Assembly (NCBI GenBank): GCA_038087875.1
Contig: CM075990.1
Coordinates: forward strand, 11,596,001-11,660,000
From: Malacoraja senta
Lineage: Eukaryota
Direction of reading: 5' to 3'
DNA length: 64,000 bases
Shown: in pieces, positions 37,477-50,190 of the stretch
Position numbering within the stretch: the first letter of the stretch is position 1
How the letters are laid out: the number at the start of each line of letters is the position of its first letter
Made by a program: the position numbers and the translations under genes
Notes under the pieces: model-generated
The model's input: only the letters and a program-made list of their open reading frames with translations
What the model was told of the DNA's origin: nothing
Databases searched by the model: none

Positions 37477-38074
37477 CCTGACTTAATAACACATGCAGAG
37501 GACATGAAGGGCAAGGTCGCCTCTGAATCGTTGAACTGTGCTCCACAAACCCAGTGCATTAGGCTCATCAAGTCTGCCGCGTTATTGGACGTAGGCACTG
37601 AGTTGGTTGCAGTCCGGCTCCTTTACCTCTTAGTACATCTCTGGTTTCCATTTTAAGAACGTTTACTATTGAATTCCTTTACAGCATCGTTTCTGGCCTT
37701 GCATTCTCGCTCAGAAAACCTCTCCGAGTACAAAAATAATTCTTCCTATCTCCCTTTGGTTCCCATCCTTCCAATGGAAACTGTTTCTTCTCTTGTGGTC
37801 TGTGAATTCTCCTCTGGATTTTGAAGATTTGTTATTTAATTGCACTGCCACGTGCAGCGGGAGGTAGAAGGTAGGACCGTTCGGCAAACTTTTGTAACGT
37901 TGTCGACGCCAGGAACGTGGTGACATTTATACACTGCCTTGGTGAGGTCTGCTATATGATTTTACTGAGGTTGTAAGCAAAACAAATCATTTCACTAGAC
38001 CATGTAGATGTGACAATAAATCATCATTGAATTGAATTGAGGCCTGCAGCAGTTCACCACGATCATATTGAAAG

Positions 38075-38370
38075 TGAATGCAAAATGCTGGAGTAACTCA
38101 GCGGGCCAGACAGCATCTCTGGAGGAAAGGAATAGGTGACGTTTTGGGTCGAGACCCTTTTTCAGATTTGTACCTATCTTCAGTGTATAACCAGCATCTG
38201 CAGTTCCTTCCCATGCATATTGAAGGTGAGGGTCCGGTGTCCATTCTCATCTCCACCACGTGTCCAGAAGAACCGAAGATAGACAAAAAGCTGGTGCAAC
38301 TCAGCGGGACAGGCATCATCTCTGGAGAGAAGGAATGGGTGACGTTTCGGGTCGAGACCCTTCTTCCTCC
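38075..38370. mobile_element. Two PLE repeat fragments (38075-38215 fold-back; 38270-38370)
   Basis: Recurrent PLE repeat; catattgaa flanks the first. Confidence 0.75.
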
Positions 38371-39069
38371 AGACCTATCCTTAAGAACCTATATTCAATA
38401 TAGATTTTCAAACCCGTCCCCTCTCCTTTTATTTTCCACTTGGACAACAAGTTTTGCATTTGTAGTCTGGGGTTTGAGATTCTTCTCAGCCAGACAATTC
38501 CAAGGATTGGCCACAGGCCCTGGTTTGGGACAGTCTCCAGCTTGTGTCCCATAAACTTCCAGTGATGCGAACAACATCACAACACACTAAGGACATTACA
38601 GTTGAAGATTCAAGGCCATACTTTCCTTCCTACATGCTCTGACAGCCAGATGTTCCCCTGCACGTAAAGCCTTAATATGCTCTGACAATTGAAAACAGAC
38701 TCGCAGTGATGATATTGTCGGCACTACCACTCAAGCCAGGTCACTGATCTTGTCCACAACGGACTTCAAAATCAGAAGCTTCATACTGTGTGGAGATATA
38801 CTGTACTAACTACCTATTGAGACTGCAGCACTAACTCGACAAACAGGTCGTCAAATTTATTGGCATATGCATAAACAATAAGATACAGGTACAATGAAAG
38901 TCTTCCTTGCAGCAGTATCACAGGCACATGGACTCAGACAACACTCAAAAACATCAATTATACATCAACTACACATACTTTCTCCAAGGCAGGGGAAAGA
39001 AAAAGATGGTGCAGGAAAGATGACAAGATATTAGTGCAAAAAGACAAATTAACTCAAGTATGATATCCA

Positions 39070-39352
39070 ATAGACAATAGGTGCAGGAGTAGGCCATTCA
39101 GCCCTTCGAGCCAGCACCGCCATTCACTGTGATCATGCCTGATCATCCACAATCAGTACCCCGTTCCTGCCTTCCCCCCATATTCCCTGACTCTGCTATC
39201 TTTAAGAGCTCTATCTAACTCTCTCTTGAAAGCATCCAGAGAATTGGCCTCCACTGCCTTCTGAGGCAGAGAATACCACAGATTCACAACCCTCTGTGAG
39301 AAAAGGTTTTTCCTCATCTCTGCTCTAAATGGCTTACTCCTTATTCTTAAAC
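39070..39352 (-). mobile_element. CR1/HER1 3' end
   Basis: FSQRVVNLWYSLPQKAVEANSLDAFKRELDRALKDSRVREYGGKAGTGY. Confidence 0.9.
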
Positions 39353-39372
39353 TTATTCTTTTATACTCAAAA

Positions 39373-39993
39373 TGTGTAGGAAGGAACTGCAGATGCTGGT
39401 TTAAAGCAAAGATGGACACAAAAAGCTGGAGTAACTCAGCGGGACAGGCAGCATCTCTGGAGATAAGGAATGGGTGACGTTTTGGGTCGAGATCCTTCTT
39501 CAGACAAGTCTGGGTAAAGGGGAACGAGAGATATAGACGATGTAGAGAGATAAAGAACAATGAATGAAAGATGTGCAAAAAAGTGACGATGGTAAAGGAA
39601 ACAGGGCATTGTTAGCTGTTTGTTGGGTGAAAGCGAGAAGCTGGTGCGTCTTGGGTGGGGGAGGGATAGAGAGAGAGGGAATGCCGGGGTTACTTGAAGT
39701 TAGAGAAATCGATACGCATACCACTGGGCAGTAAACTGCCCAAGCGAAATATGAGATGCTGTTCCTCCAATTTGCATTTAGCTACACTTTGACAATGGAG
39801 GAGATCTAGGACAGAAAAGTCAGTGTGGGAATGGGAAGGAGAATTAAAGCGTTTAGCAACCAGGAGATCAGGTTGGTTCAGGCAGACTGAACGAAGGTGT
39901 TCAGCGTAACGATCGCCCAGTCTACGTTTGGTCTCGCCGATGTATTAGAGTCCACATCTTGAACAGCGGATACAGTAGATGAGGTTGGAGGAG
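39373..39993 (-). mobile_element. PLE 3' fragment, subfamily A (GIY-YIG end, UTR, terminal repeat)
   Basis: SSNLIYCIRCSRCGL*YIGETKRRLGDRYAEHLRSV...KLEEQHLIFRLGSL. Confidence 0.88.
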
Positions 39994-40247
39994 GCCTCGA
40001 AGCCCTGGCCAATGATGGGCATTGTACCATCCATCTTCTGTATCCTCACTATCCACTTGTGTTGCCACTTTCTTGCAGCCCAAGATCCATCTGTACCTCA
40101 ATTCTATTGAGGGTCTTGCCATGGTCCAGTAACCCCTCTCTGCCAGGCATCCTTCACTTTGTATAAAACCCCCCCAACATTAAGTCTCTCCAGCCACACC
40201 CTCATTAGTCCCGGAAGAAAGCCACTAACAGTCTGCAAAAAAACAAA

Positions 40248-40432
40248 CGTTTTCAAGAGAGAGTTAGATTTAGCTCTTAGGGCTAAAGGAATCAAGGGAT
40301 ATGGGGAAAAAAAAAAAAAAAAGCAGGAACGGAGTACTGATTTTTGATGATCAGCTATGATCATATTGAATGGCAGTGCTGGCTCAAAAGGCCGAAAGGC
40401 CTACTCCTACACCTATTTTTCTATGTTTCTAT
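40248..40432 (+). mobile_element. CR1 3' end
   Basis: VFKRELDLALRAKGIKGYGEK + ttctatgtttctatg tail. Confidence 0.85.
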
Positions 40433-41131
40433 GATTCTAAAATGCTCAACAATAGAACAAAGACGTTGGCAAGCAGCAAAAAGAACACATAGAATCAAAA
40501 AAATAAGATGTCTGGTAGCAATTTCAAGGCTATAATCTAATCTCCGGGTTCAGTTGACATTTCCCAGCTGCTGAAGTCAGACTTGTGAGGATTTTATGAT
40601 GTCATTTGAACTTCTCAATTAAATTACAGTCTCCCAACCCTTCTCGTTATCCATTTGTTCTCTATATTTCACCTTGCTGCTTGACAGGAACTAAAGATTG
40701 ACAATTGTGGATGTTTTGCCTGCAGAGTGTGCTCGGCTTTAAGAAGGATCGCGTTCCATTCACATTCTGTCAGATGCATTATCAGATAGGAACAAGCTGA
40801 TCTTCAGTCTCCTGCCCATTGAGATCCTGCCTCATTTAGAATGAGCAAAAAGCAACAGGGTTTAATGTTATGGTTTATCCTCAGTTTTCTAAAAAGGTTC
40901 AGCAGTCGTACAATATTATTTGTTCATATTCGCACAATAATGCAATGAAGTACAATAATATTTGTGACATTTGTAGATGATCGTACATTTCCGATATTGC
41001 CCTGATTTGCATAGCTTCAATTCCATCCAAATATTGAAAGCACCAATTGAAAGGGGATTTGTAACTCCAGCTATTTTTTGTCTTTCTTTGGACCAACACA
41101 ATGGGATCACTTTGATGTGGTTGGAACTGAG

Positions 41132-41350
41132 GCCCCATCTCCCCTGTGTTAAAGAAGGAACTGCAGATGCTGGAAAATCGAAGGTACACAAAAATGCTGG
41201 AGAAACTCAGCGGGTGCAGCAGCATCTATGGAGCGAAGGAAATAGGTAACGTTTCGGGCCGAAACGTCTGAAGAAGGGTTTCGGCCCGAAACGTTACCTA
41301 TTTCCTTCGCTCCATAGATGCTGCTGCACCCGCTGTGCCCCATCTCCCCT
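41132..41350. mobile_element. Fold-back PLE mini-element (subfamily B) with 14-bp TSD
   Basis: gccccatctcccct at 41132-41145 and 41337-41350; near-perfect inverted arms. Confidence 0.9.
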
Positions 41351-41522
41351 ATCGGGTGGGTCTTGCATATAGTGCAAGGTTAGTTTGAGGAAAGAGAGGG
41401 AGTTATCCCTGGTGTGCTCACCATTTATTTCCTGAACCAACATGAGTAAAACAAACAAGTCTCCATTATCTAACTGCTGATAGACGCAAAATGCTGCAGT
41501 AACTCAGCGGGTCAGGCAGCAT

Positions 41523-41968
41523 CAGTTCAATTTTATTTGTCATATGTAGGTTAACACAGGGTCAACGGTACAATGGAATGTGTCTGACAAGGCAACGGGT
41601 CACCTCAGCAATGGTATTACAAGGATAAAATTAAGATTAAAAAAAGATAAAATTGACATTGGTAGGTAAAAGACAATAATAAATAAATATTCAACATATA
41701 TGATGTGTTTATGAGTTCAGAAGCCTGATGCATGATGGTTAAATCTGTTCTTAAGTGTGGTGGTACGTGTAGCCATGCTCCTGTTTCGTCTGCCTGACGG
41801 TAGCAAGGAGAACAGTTTGTGTGCTGGGTGGCTGTGGCCCTTGCTGATGCTGTGTGCCTTCCGCAGGCAACCACCTGTGGAAAATGTCCCGAATGGCCGG
41901 GAGACAGTTGCCAGTGATGTGCTGTGCCGCCTTCACCACTGTCTGCAGCGATTTGCGGCTGTGGGCAG
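41523..41968 (-). mobile_element. Rex/Babar 3' fragment inserted in a PLE fragment (41480-42326)
   Basis: VKAAQHITGNCLPAIRDIF; PLE ggcagcatc|atctctggagaaaagg is split around it. Confidence 0.7.
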
Positions 41969-42915
41969 AACATCTCTGGAGAAAAGGATTAGGTGGCGTT
42001 CTGGTCGAGAGACCCTTCTACAGACCGAGTCAGGAGAAAGGGAAACCAGAGATATAGATGGTGATATAGAGAGATGCAGAACAATTGAATGAAAAGTAAC
42101 GATGATAAAGGAAACAGGCCATTGTTAGTTGTGGGCGAGGTGAAAATGAGTTACAGACAACGAGACTCAACAAGACGACTTTGAAGTTGGGAACCAGGAC
42201 AAATGAGGGGATGCAAAGCTTACTTGAAGTTAGAGAAATCAAAATTCATAGCGCTGTCTTGGAAGCTGTCCAAGCGAAATATGAGGTGCTGTTCCTCAAA
42301 TTTGCATTTGTCCTCACTCTGACAGTGGGAGCTTGCTTTGCACAAATTAGCCGCCTGTTTCCTACATTTGTCATAGTTCCAAGTCCACTTCTGTATGGAA
42401 ATCAATTTAGAATTATGTAAAGCTTCTGGAAAGTCTACATCCCTTTCCCAGGCATTGTTTTTGATCAACGTTTGCTCATTTCTAATGATCTCACCCACAG
42501 ACGAACTTCAGTAAAATTTTCCAAACAATTCCTAAAGGTTTTCCTTCACAAAGAATTAACTGCTCCTGCTAAATTAGATTCTTACGTTAGCTGCAGATGG
42601 ATAGGAGCCAAAGAGCTCTCTCAGCAATCTGTGTTTTATTGGAAATGCCCTGGTAAGTCTTGGCACGCGAGGTTTGAGCCGTCGGACTGGCGGTTAATAA
42701 GGCAGAAAGGGTGCCTGGAGCTGGAGCACAGAGGCAGCAAGAGCCAGATGAGAAGGAAGCCTGGAAGGCAAGGAAAGCAATGTGTGAAAGCGTATGAATA
42801 TTGAAAGCAATCCAGAAACAGATGAGGTGAGAACAATGGGTGATTCCAGATCTGAGGAAAAAATGTTTTTCCACCCAGCATGTGGATGTAATGCAGAGCT
42901 GAAAGAAATTGTTAC

Positions 42916-43132
42916 AAACATAGAAAATAGGTGCAGGAGTAGGCCATTCGGCCCATCGAGCCAGCACCGCCATTCAATATGATCACGGCTGATCATCCAA
43001 AATCAGTACCCCGTTCCTGCTTTTTCCCCATATTCCTTGATTCTGTTAGTCCTAAGAGCTATATCTAACTCTTTCTAGAAAACATCCAGCGAATTGGCCT
43101 CCACTGCCTTCTGTGGCAGAGTTTACCACAGT
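42916..43132 (-). mobile_element. CR1 3' end
   Basis: aaacatagaaaataggtgcaggagtaggccattcggccc...ccactgccttctgtggcag. Confidence 0.85.
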
Positions 43133-43769
43133 TGGATGCAAGTATGCTTAATCGAAGAAATGTCTGGGCAAACGCTGGGCACAGAAGGCCACAGACCAAG
43201 TGTGGGGTAATGGCGATGGTATAGATGGTTGGCATGGATATGGTTCATAAGCCATAGGCGCAGAATTGGGACAGAAGTGGAGTAAAGCAGGGATTGGTAA
43301 TGAAGTCAAAGAAAACAAAGTAGCTGACAACAATCATAATGGAGGATTTTGTAGAAGTCAATGAAGCTACTAAATTCAGAGAGTTAGGGACTGAATAGAT
43401 AAACATGAATGTCTCTGCACTGCTAAGGTGAATGTTGGGAACTGTCAACATATAGAAGTGGCAAATTGATTCAGAGATAAATTCTACAAGACCTTTCATG
43501 GTTTCAGGATATTTCAAAACTAAATACTTTTTGGAAGTGTAGAATCTGTTCCTTTTACACAAAAATGTTACGGTGGGTTGAATGTTTGGTTTTGTAATGC
43601 TGGTTGAAGAATAAATAAATGCAGATACGCTTTTCTCAGATGCCTCCACAAAACTCTGTCCTCCCTTCCCCAAACCCCTTCCTTTGTCCCCCACCATCTC
43701 TTTTTTCACCCCTTCCCTCACTCTGCCTCACACAACCACCCTCCCGCACGTTCCCTGTAACCCATGGAT

Positions 43770-44130
43770 TAATCACTTGGACCGTTCTCCGATGAGCAAC
43801 CTTGTCAAAATCCTTACACCGGCCTACTACATCGACCACATCGCTTCCATCAACACAATTTGTTATCACTTTGAAAAATTAATTCAAATTATTTATACTG
43901 GATCTCCTCCCTAACAAAGCAACGCTGTCTATCTTTGAGTAATCCCTCTCTTTCCAAGTTTAGATTAATCTCATCCTGTGGTATTTTTCCAGTAACTTCA
44001 CGCTGACTAATGTTAGACCACCTGACCTGTAAATGCCTGGCCGATCCCCATGGCCCTACTTGGAAAGCATTCCCATGTTAATAGTCCTCCAATCATCTGG
44101 CATCTCACCTGTGGCTAAACATCTCCTCAG
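43770..44130 (-). mobile_element. Decayed CR1 reverse-transcriptase fragment
   Basis: CLATGEMPDDWRTIN; VDGSDVVDVV..DFDKVAH. Confidence 0.6.
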
Positions 44131-44319
44131 AACCTTAACATTTTCCCCCCTTGCCTCCCGTAGCAAACCACCTTTAAACCTGCTAGACAAAGACCTAATC
44201 TCTGGAGTTTTTTTCCCTACACCACACTCAAAGTTAAACATTTTTTAAAGTCTTTGCCTTCCGTTCTGCACATCTAGATCTCCATTGAGATTCATATTTC
44301 TCTTTGGAATCAATTCCAG

Positions 44320-44860
44320 CAACATCAACCGACTCCAACTGGTCCAGAATGCAGCCGCCCGACTCATTACCCACACCAAATCCTGACACCACATCACCCC
44401 AGTTCTCAAAGAACTTCACTGGCTTCCCATTTCCCACCGGATCATCTACAAAATCCTGGTCCTAACCTACAAAGCCCTCAACAACTTGGCCCCCCCTTAT
44501 CTCACTGACCTCCTCTCCCCCTATCAACCCTCACGGTCCCTCAGATCCACATCAGCTGGTCTCCTCTCCACTCTGAAATCAAACCTCTGCACTTTAGAGG
44601 CAGAGCCTTCTCCAGGGCAGCTCCCAGGCTCTGGAATTCCCTCCAACAAACGATCCGAAATTCTGAGTCCCTCACCATCTTCCAGTCCCGCCTCAAGACC
44701 CATCTCTTCACCTCTGCATACCCTTAGTCCCATGTTCCTCTCCCCTTTGCATCTCTGTCTTACTGCTCTATTTTGTTTTGTTTATTCTTGACTCTCAATG
44801 TAAAGCGACTTTGAGTCCTGAAAAGCGCTATATAAAATAAATGTATTATTATTATTATTA
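44320..44860 (+). mobile_element. L2 LINE ORF2 3' fragment
   Basis: RLQLVQNAAARL...HITPVLKELHWLPI...YKALNNLAPPYL...APRLWNSL...RLKTHLF; tail aaagcgctatataaaataaatg(tat)n. Confidence 0.92.
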
Positions 44861-45283
44861 TATTTACAAATAACAAGGAAGGCAGTCTTTTGGCCCATCA
44901 AGTCTATGTGGCCTCCCAGTACATTCCCATTCCGCCACAAATTTTCCCTGTAATCTCCTTCCACCATTCCCATTAATTCCCCCATTCTGAATCTACCACT
45001 TGCATGCTCATTTGGGGCAATTTTCTGTGGTCAATTAATGTACCAGCACATCTTTGGGATGTGGAAGGAAAGCAGAACAGAACAGGGGAAACTCGCACAA
45101 CCACGGAAAGAACATGCCAGCTCTCCACAAAGGATGCCGGGATTTAATCCAGGGTTCTGAAACTATGGGCGGCAGCAGTACTAGTTGCACCATCTTAATG
45201 GGATTAAGACCCTGGTCAAAGGTCTGACTGGTGCAGAATCCAAGTGAAATTCTAAACCGAGGAACCCAGCAGGAATGGTTCTG

Positions 45284-45582
45284 CTTTAGAGATACAGCAC
45301 AGAAACAGGCCCTTCGGCCCACTGAGTTCATGTCAACCAGCGATCACCCCATATGCTAGCACTATTCTCCACACTAGAGCCAATTTACAATTTACAGAAG
45401 CCAATTACCCTACAAAGCTGTGCGTCTTTGGAGTGTGGGAGGAAACCGGAGATCTTGGAGAAAACCCACGCAGATCACGGGGAGAACGTAAAACTCCATT
45501 CAGACAGCACCCGTGGTCAGGATTGAACTTGTGTCTCCGGCGCTGTGAGGCAGCAACTCGACTGCTGCGTCACTGTGCCGCA
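45284..45582 (-). mobile_element. HE1-like SINE
   Basis: Tail, V-domain and head in reverse complement. Confidence 0.85.
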
Positions 45583-45663
45583 CTGGTTCTGCTCTTGGAC
45601 TATGTGGAGTCCAACATCAGATTTCAGTGCTACATGCTCACCAAGGCCTCAACGCAAAGCACA

Positions 45664-45890
45664 TCAATAAGTGCAGTGTTTAAGAAGGAACTGCAGATGC
45701 AGGAAAATCGAAGGTAGACAAAAATGCTGGAGAAACTCAGCTGGCGAGGGAGCATCTATGGAGTGAAGGAAATAGGCAACATTTCGGGTCATGGTCTCGA
45801 CCCAAAACATTGCCTATTTCCTTTGCTCCATAGATGCTGCCTCACCTGCTGAGTCTCTCCAGCATTTTTGTCTATCTTCAATAAGTGCAG
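45664..45890. mobile_element. Fold-back PLE mini-element with 13-bp TSD
   Basis: tcaataagtgcag at 45664-45676 and 45878-45890. Confidence 0.9.
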
Positions 45891-46094
45891 CTCTCACTTC
45901 TGTTCAAATGACCAAATGGTAATACTTGTATTGGGATTACCAGGCAAAGACTCAAAGGGCTGAAATGGCCTTCTTCTATGTTGTATGGAAGTTAGATCTC
46001 AATGGAGATTTAAGCATGCAAATCTGATGGCAAAGCTTCAAGAAATATTTTTGCTTCAGTTTAAAGCACTGATTTCCCCTACCCTGGGTAAAAA

Positions 46095-46650
46095 ACTCTA
46101 TGATTTTACACACCACTATAAGATCACCCCTTAGCCTCATGTGCTCCAAGGAATAAAGTCCGAGCCTGCCCAACTTTACCCTATAGCTCAGGCCCTCGAG
46201 TCCTGGCAACATTTCTATAAATCTTCTCTGCATTCTTCCCAGGTTAATAACATACATCCGAAAGCAGGGTGACCAAAACTGAACGCAATACTCCAAATGT
46301 GGCCTCACCTCTCATCTTGCCCAACTGTAACATATCATCCCAACTTCTATACTCAATATCCTGATTGATGAAGATCAATCTTGTTCATCCCATCTACCTG
46401 TATTGCTACTTTCAGGAAACTATGCACCTGTACTCCTAGATCCCTCTGTTCTACAACACACCTCAGAGCCCTGCCATTCACTGTGAAGGTCTTGTTCAGG
46501 TTTGCCTTCTGAAAATGCAACACCTTGCACTAATCTGCATTAAACTCCATTAGCCCAGCTGATCAAGATCCTGCCACACCATTTCCCACTACCATCTTCA
46601 CTGCATGCAATTCCACTTACTAGCGTGTAATTTGCAAATGTAATAATCAT
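46095..46650 (-). mobile_element. CR1 ORF2 fragment
   Basis: RPHLEYCVQFWSP...MQRRFIEMLPGLEGLSY...LGLYSLE...RGDLI. Confidence 0.85.
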
Positions 46651-47252
46651 GCCTTTGCTTCATAAGCGCGTGAGGCACTTTAGAATTTTTAATGTTAAAA
46701 GATAATATATAAATACAATTTTTTCCACAGGTCATCTGGGCTCCTGAGTGTGAAGAGATCAATTGGACCTTATTGGCAAGACTTAAGATCTTCTTACTCT
46801 CTGTAGTCTTAGATTTCTCCGTGTTGAAGGAACATTTATACTCTGGACCGTCTGAGATTCATTGCAGTAGTTTTTGTGAAATCGACGGAAGCAATTTATA
46901 TCTTGGAGTTTCTATTCAAAACGTCAATGCTTTAGATCACATAGTAGTACAAAGCATCCGTGGCACAAATAGAGGCCATTCTGCCCAATCAGTCCATGCT
47001 GGTGGCTGGGTTCAAGCCCGCACCTATCCTCTCTTCTCCAATTTTGTGGCTTTCCATTCCCCTCTCTCATAGTTCATCATCGCACTATTTGTCTTGACCG
47101 CACCACGTAAAAGTGAGTTTGATCTTCTTACCACCATCTGGATGAGGAGGTTTCTCTTGAATATCCAAAGCTGTTCCGCAGTGATAATTATGTATGATCT
47201 CTAGTTTAGTGGAATCACTCCCTGTATCAGCTCAAGCAAGAACCTCTCATAT

Positions 47253-47494
47253 ACTTCACCCAGAGAGTTGTGAATCAGTGGAACTTTCTGCCACAGAAGG
47301 CAGTGGAGGCCAATTCACTGGATGTTTTCAAGAGAGAGTTAGATACAGCTCTTAGGGCTAACGGAATCAAGGGATATGGGGAGAAAGCAGGTACAAGGTA
47401 TTGATTTCGGATGATCCGCCATGATCATATTGAATGACAGATCATATTGAAGGGCCGAATGGCCTATTCCTACACCTATTTTCTATGTTTCTAT
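47253..47494 (+). mobile_element. CR1 3' end
   Basis: ttcacccagagagttgtgaatcagtggaactttctgccacagaaggcagtggaggcc... Confidence 0.85.
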
Positions 47495-49039
47495 TAATAG
47501 AGGATCCCTATTAGGTCACAACATTGCCTTTTCTTTTGGGAAAGAGAGCTTCTCAAGAGTAGTCCCGATCAAGAGACTGACGAGGAGACGTGAATCATTA
47601 ACTTGGTTTCTTTTCCAACTGACGTTGCTCGAGTGTTTCCAGCATTCGATGTTTTTATCTCAGATTTCCAGCATCTGCATCATCATTGATTTTCAATTGC
47701 CCTTGCAAATCTTTTGTTGTTGTTGTTGTAATTGTCCTTAGCTTTTGCAACCAGAGCTCTCATATCGTCCAACATAAATCAATGGTTTAATGGTACTTTG
47801 TTGTCACATGTACCCAGCTACAGTGACATTCCTTTATTGCATTCAGTTCAATAAAAATCTTACTGTACAGATACACATTGCTTGAATACAAGTGAAAGAA
47901 TGGTAGATATTTTCTAAATTACTTAAACCTGGAATTTGTAATTCACCGCCTCAGAAATTCAAATGAGCCTGAAAAGTCTAAGGCGATAGAAATGGAAACC
48001 GCCATTGAATTCAATGATTGATTGAGTAAAATGTTTTTTTTTAGATATTTTAATATTTTCAATTGATTTATGGTTACTTTATAAATTGGGAAAATCAATG
48101 AAATATTATGAGATATCTGGAAACAGAGGTGATGTAACGGAATCTGATTGAAATGACTTTTACCTGCTTTAAACTCACATTAACAGAAACAAATTAAATG
48201 TATTCATGTGCCTCAGAATGATTCATATTACGTCCATATCAAATATGTTAATTCCGGTTATGTGTTCAGTTATCAACACAACCTTAGAAACAGAAATAAC
48301 ATGGACCATTTTTCATTGTTATTTAACTGTAAGCCCATACATCAAAATGTTAGTTAAAAAAATGTATTCTCGTTGTGAAAAAAAATACCACACCTCTGCA
48401 CATGTGCTTGAGCCAAAATAGATAGTGTTTAATCATGTTGCAGCAGACAAAGGAAAAACCTGGAGATGAAAAGGACATTTCCCATAGTCAGATTGCCTCC
48501 TACACTCTATATTAACCTAACGAGAGCTTATGGGATGAACATGCTTTTCCATGTCACCAAATGGGTACACCATCAAGCAAAACAAGCTCTACTGACATGG
48601 CAAGGACAGGTTTGGAGAGATATGGACCAAACGCAGGCAGGTGGGACTAGCGTAGCTGGGACATGTTGGCCAAGTTGGGCCAAAGTGCCCGTTTCCATAC
48701 TGTATCACTCTATGACTTAATAGCTACATTGGTGACACTTTCCAGACTTACGGATCACGACTCATAACTGACATGAGGCGGAATCGCAATCTGATCTCTT
48801 GGATGTGTTAATTTGGGGCCCAATAAGCCCATTTAATATTCTCCTATTACAGAAGGTGATTCCATGATTTTGAGCTCTTCCTGATGCAGGATCATGACCT
48901 GAAATGTCAACAATCCCTCTGTCTCCACGGATGCAGTCTGACCCTGTTCTACCAGCCGTTGGTATTTTTTGTCTCCAGATTCCAACATTGAGCATTTTGT
49001 GTCTCTTCTCGATACTTTAGCGTAGAACGATACAAGGTA

Positions 49040-49237
49040 GGTAGAAAATGCAGATGCTGGTTTACCCTGAAGATAGACACAAAATGCTAGAGAAACTCAG
49101 CAGGACAGGCAGCATCTCTGGAGAGAAGCAATGGGCGACGTTTTGGGTCTGAAGGGTCTCGACCTGAAACGTCACCCATTCCTTCTCTCCAGAGATGCTG
49201 CCTGTCCTGTTGAGTTACTCCAGTATTTTGTGTCTAT
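49040..49237. mobile_element. Fold-back PLE mini-element
   Basis: Inverted arms around gggtctgaagggtctcgacctgaaacgtc. Confidence 0.85.
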
Positions 49238-50049
49238 TATCATTAGTGATAGGAGTAGAATTAGGCCATTCTGCCCATCAAGTGTACTCCGCCATTCCAC
49301 CATGGCCGATCTATCTCTCCCTCCTACCCAATTCTTCTGCCTTCTCCCCATAACCTCTGACACCCAATAGTTATAGAACAATACACCACACAAGCAGGTC
49401 CTTAAGCCAACAATTTCCATGACGAACATGATGCCACTATCCTCTGCCTGTGCATGATCCACATCACTCCAATCCCTGCATTTCCATGTCTGACCAAATG
49501 CCTCTTAAAGGCCACTATCGTATTAACCTCTAACACTACCCACAAGCGAACGAACAAACTACCCTTTCCAACCACCTACCAGTCTCCTCGTAAAAAAATG
49601 TGCCCTGCACATCAGGTTTAAAGCTAACCCCTCTCATTTTAAAAGCTATTCCCTCCAGTTCATGATATTCCACCCCTGTTTCTACCTACACAAAAGGAAT
49701 CAACACTGAACCAGGGGGAGAAGTGCTTGACTGTAACATTGTCTGACACCAGCTTGCACAGCCCTGCTGTAGCCTCTCAGCATTGCCTCATCTAAGACTC
49801 CCCACCCACACCCTCGGAGAACTACTGCTGGGGTTTTCTTCTTTGCGTCTTCAAAAGAATTGCACTCCAAAGACGCAGGAGAGGCGTGAACCCATATTTA
49901 GTGGTGCCCTGGGCTTTCCTGTTTAGGCATGCTGCCCAAAATCAGGTCCAAGTTAGCGCAATTATTTCACCAGAGCAAAACAATGAGTTATGTCTTTCAG
50001 ACACCAATAAAGCCACTTAAATGGTCTCAATGAGAGACAATTCTCAGTG

Positions 50050-50190
50050 TAAGCAGGACAAGCAGCTTCTCTGGAGAGAAGGAATGGGTGAGGTTTCAGG
50101 TTGAGATCCTTCTTCAGACCCATTCCTTCTCTCCAGAGATGCTGCCTGTCTTGCTGAGTTACTACAGCATTTTGTGTCCACCTTCAGTGT
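50050..50190. mobile_element. Fold-back PLE mini-element
   Basis: ctctggagagaaggaatgggt...acccattccttctctccagag; tcagtgtaa on both flanks. Confidence 0.8.

Larger units (their letters stand above)
41120..42420 (+). mobile_element. Deu-domain SINE relic hosting nested PLE and Rex insertions
   Basis: gaggccccatct/...tttgaggaaagagagggagttatccctggtgtgct.../gtgggagcttgctttgcacaaattagccgcctgtttcctacatt. Confidence 0.65.

Noticed and set aside
42501..42760. Exon-like splice signals on both strands (+ 42501-42652 with CAG/GTAAGT; - 42760-42586)
   Set aside because: Peptides are unrecognisable, overlapping opposite-strand candidates suggest chance, and no partner exons were found.
46731..47072. Strong plus-strand acceptor followed by a ~110-codon open frame
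   Set aside because: No clear donor, the frame runs into a decayed CR1-like tail, and the peptide is not recognisable.
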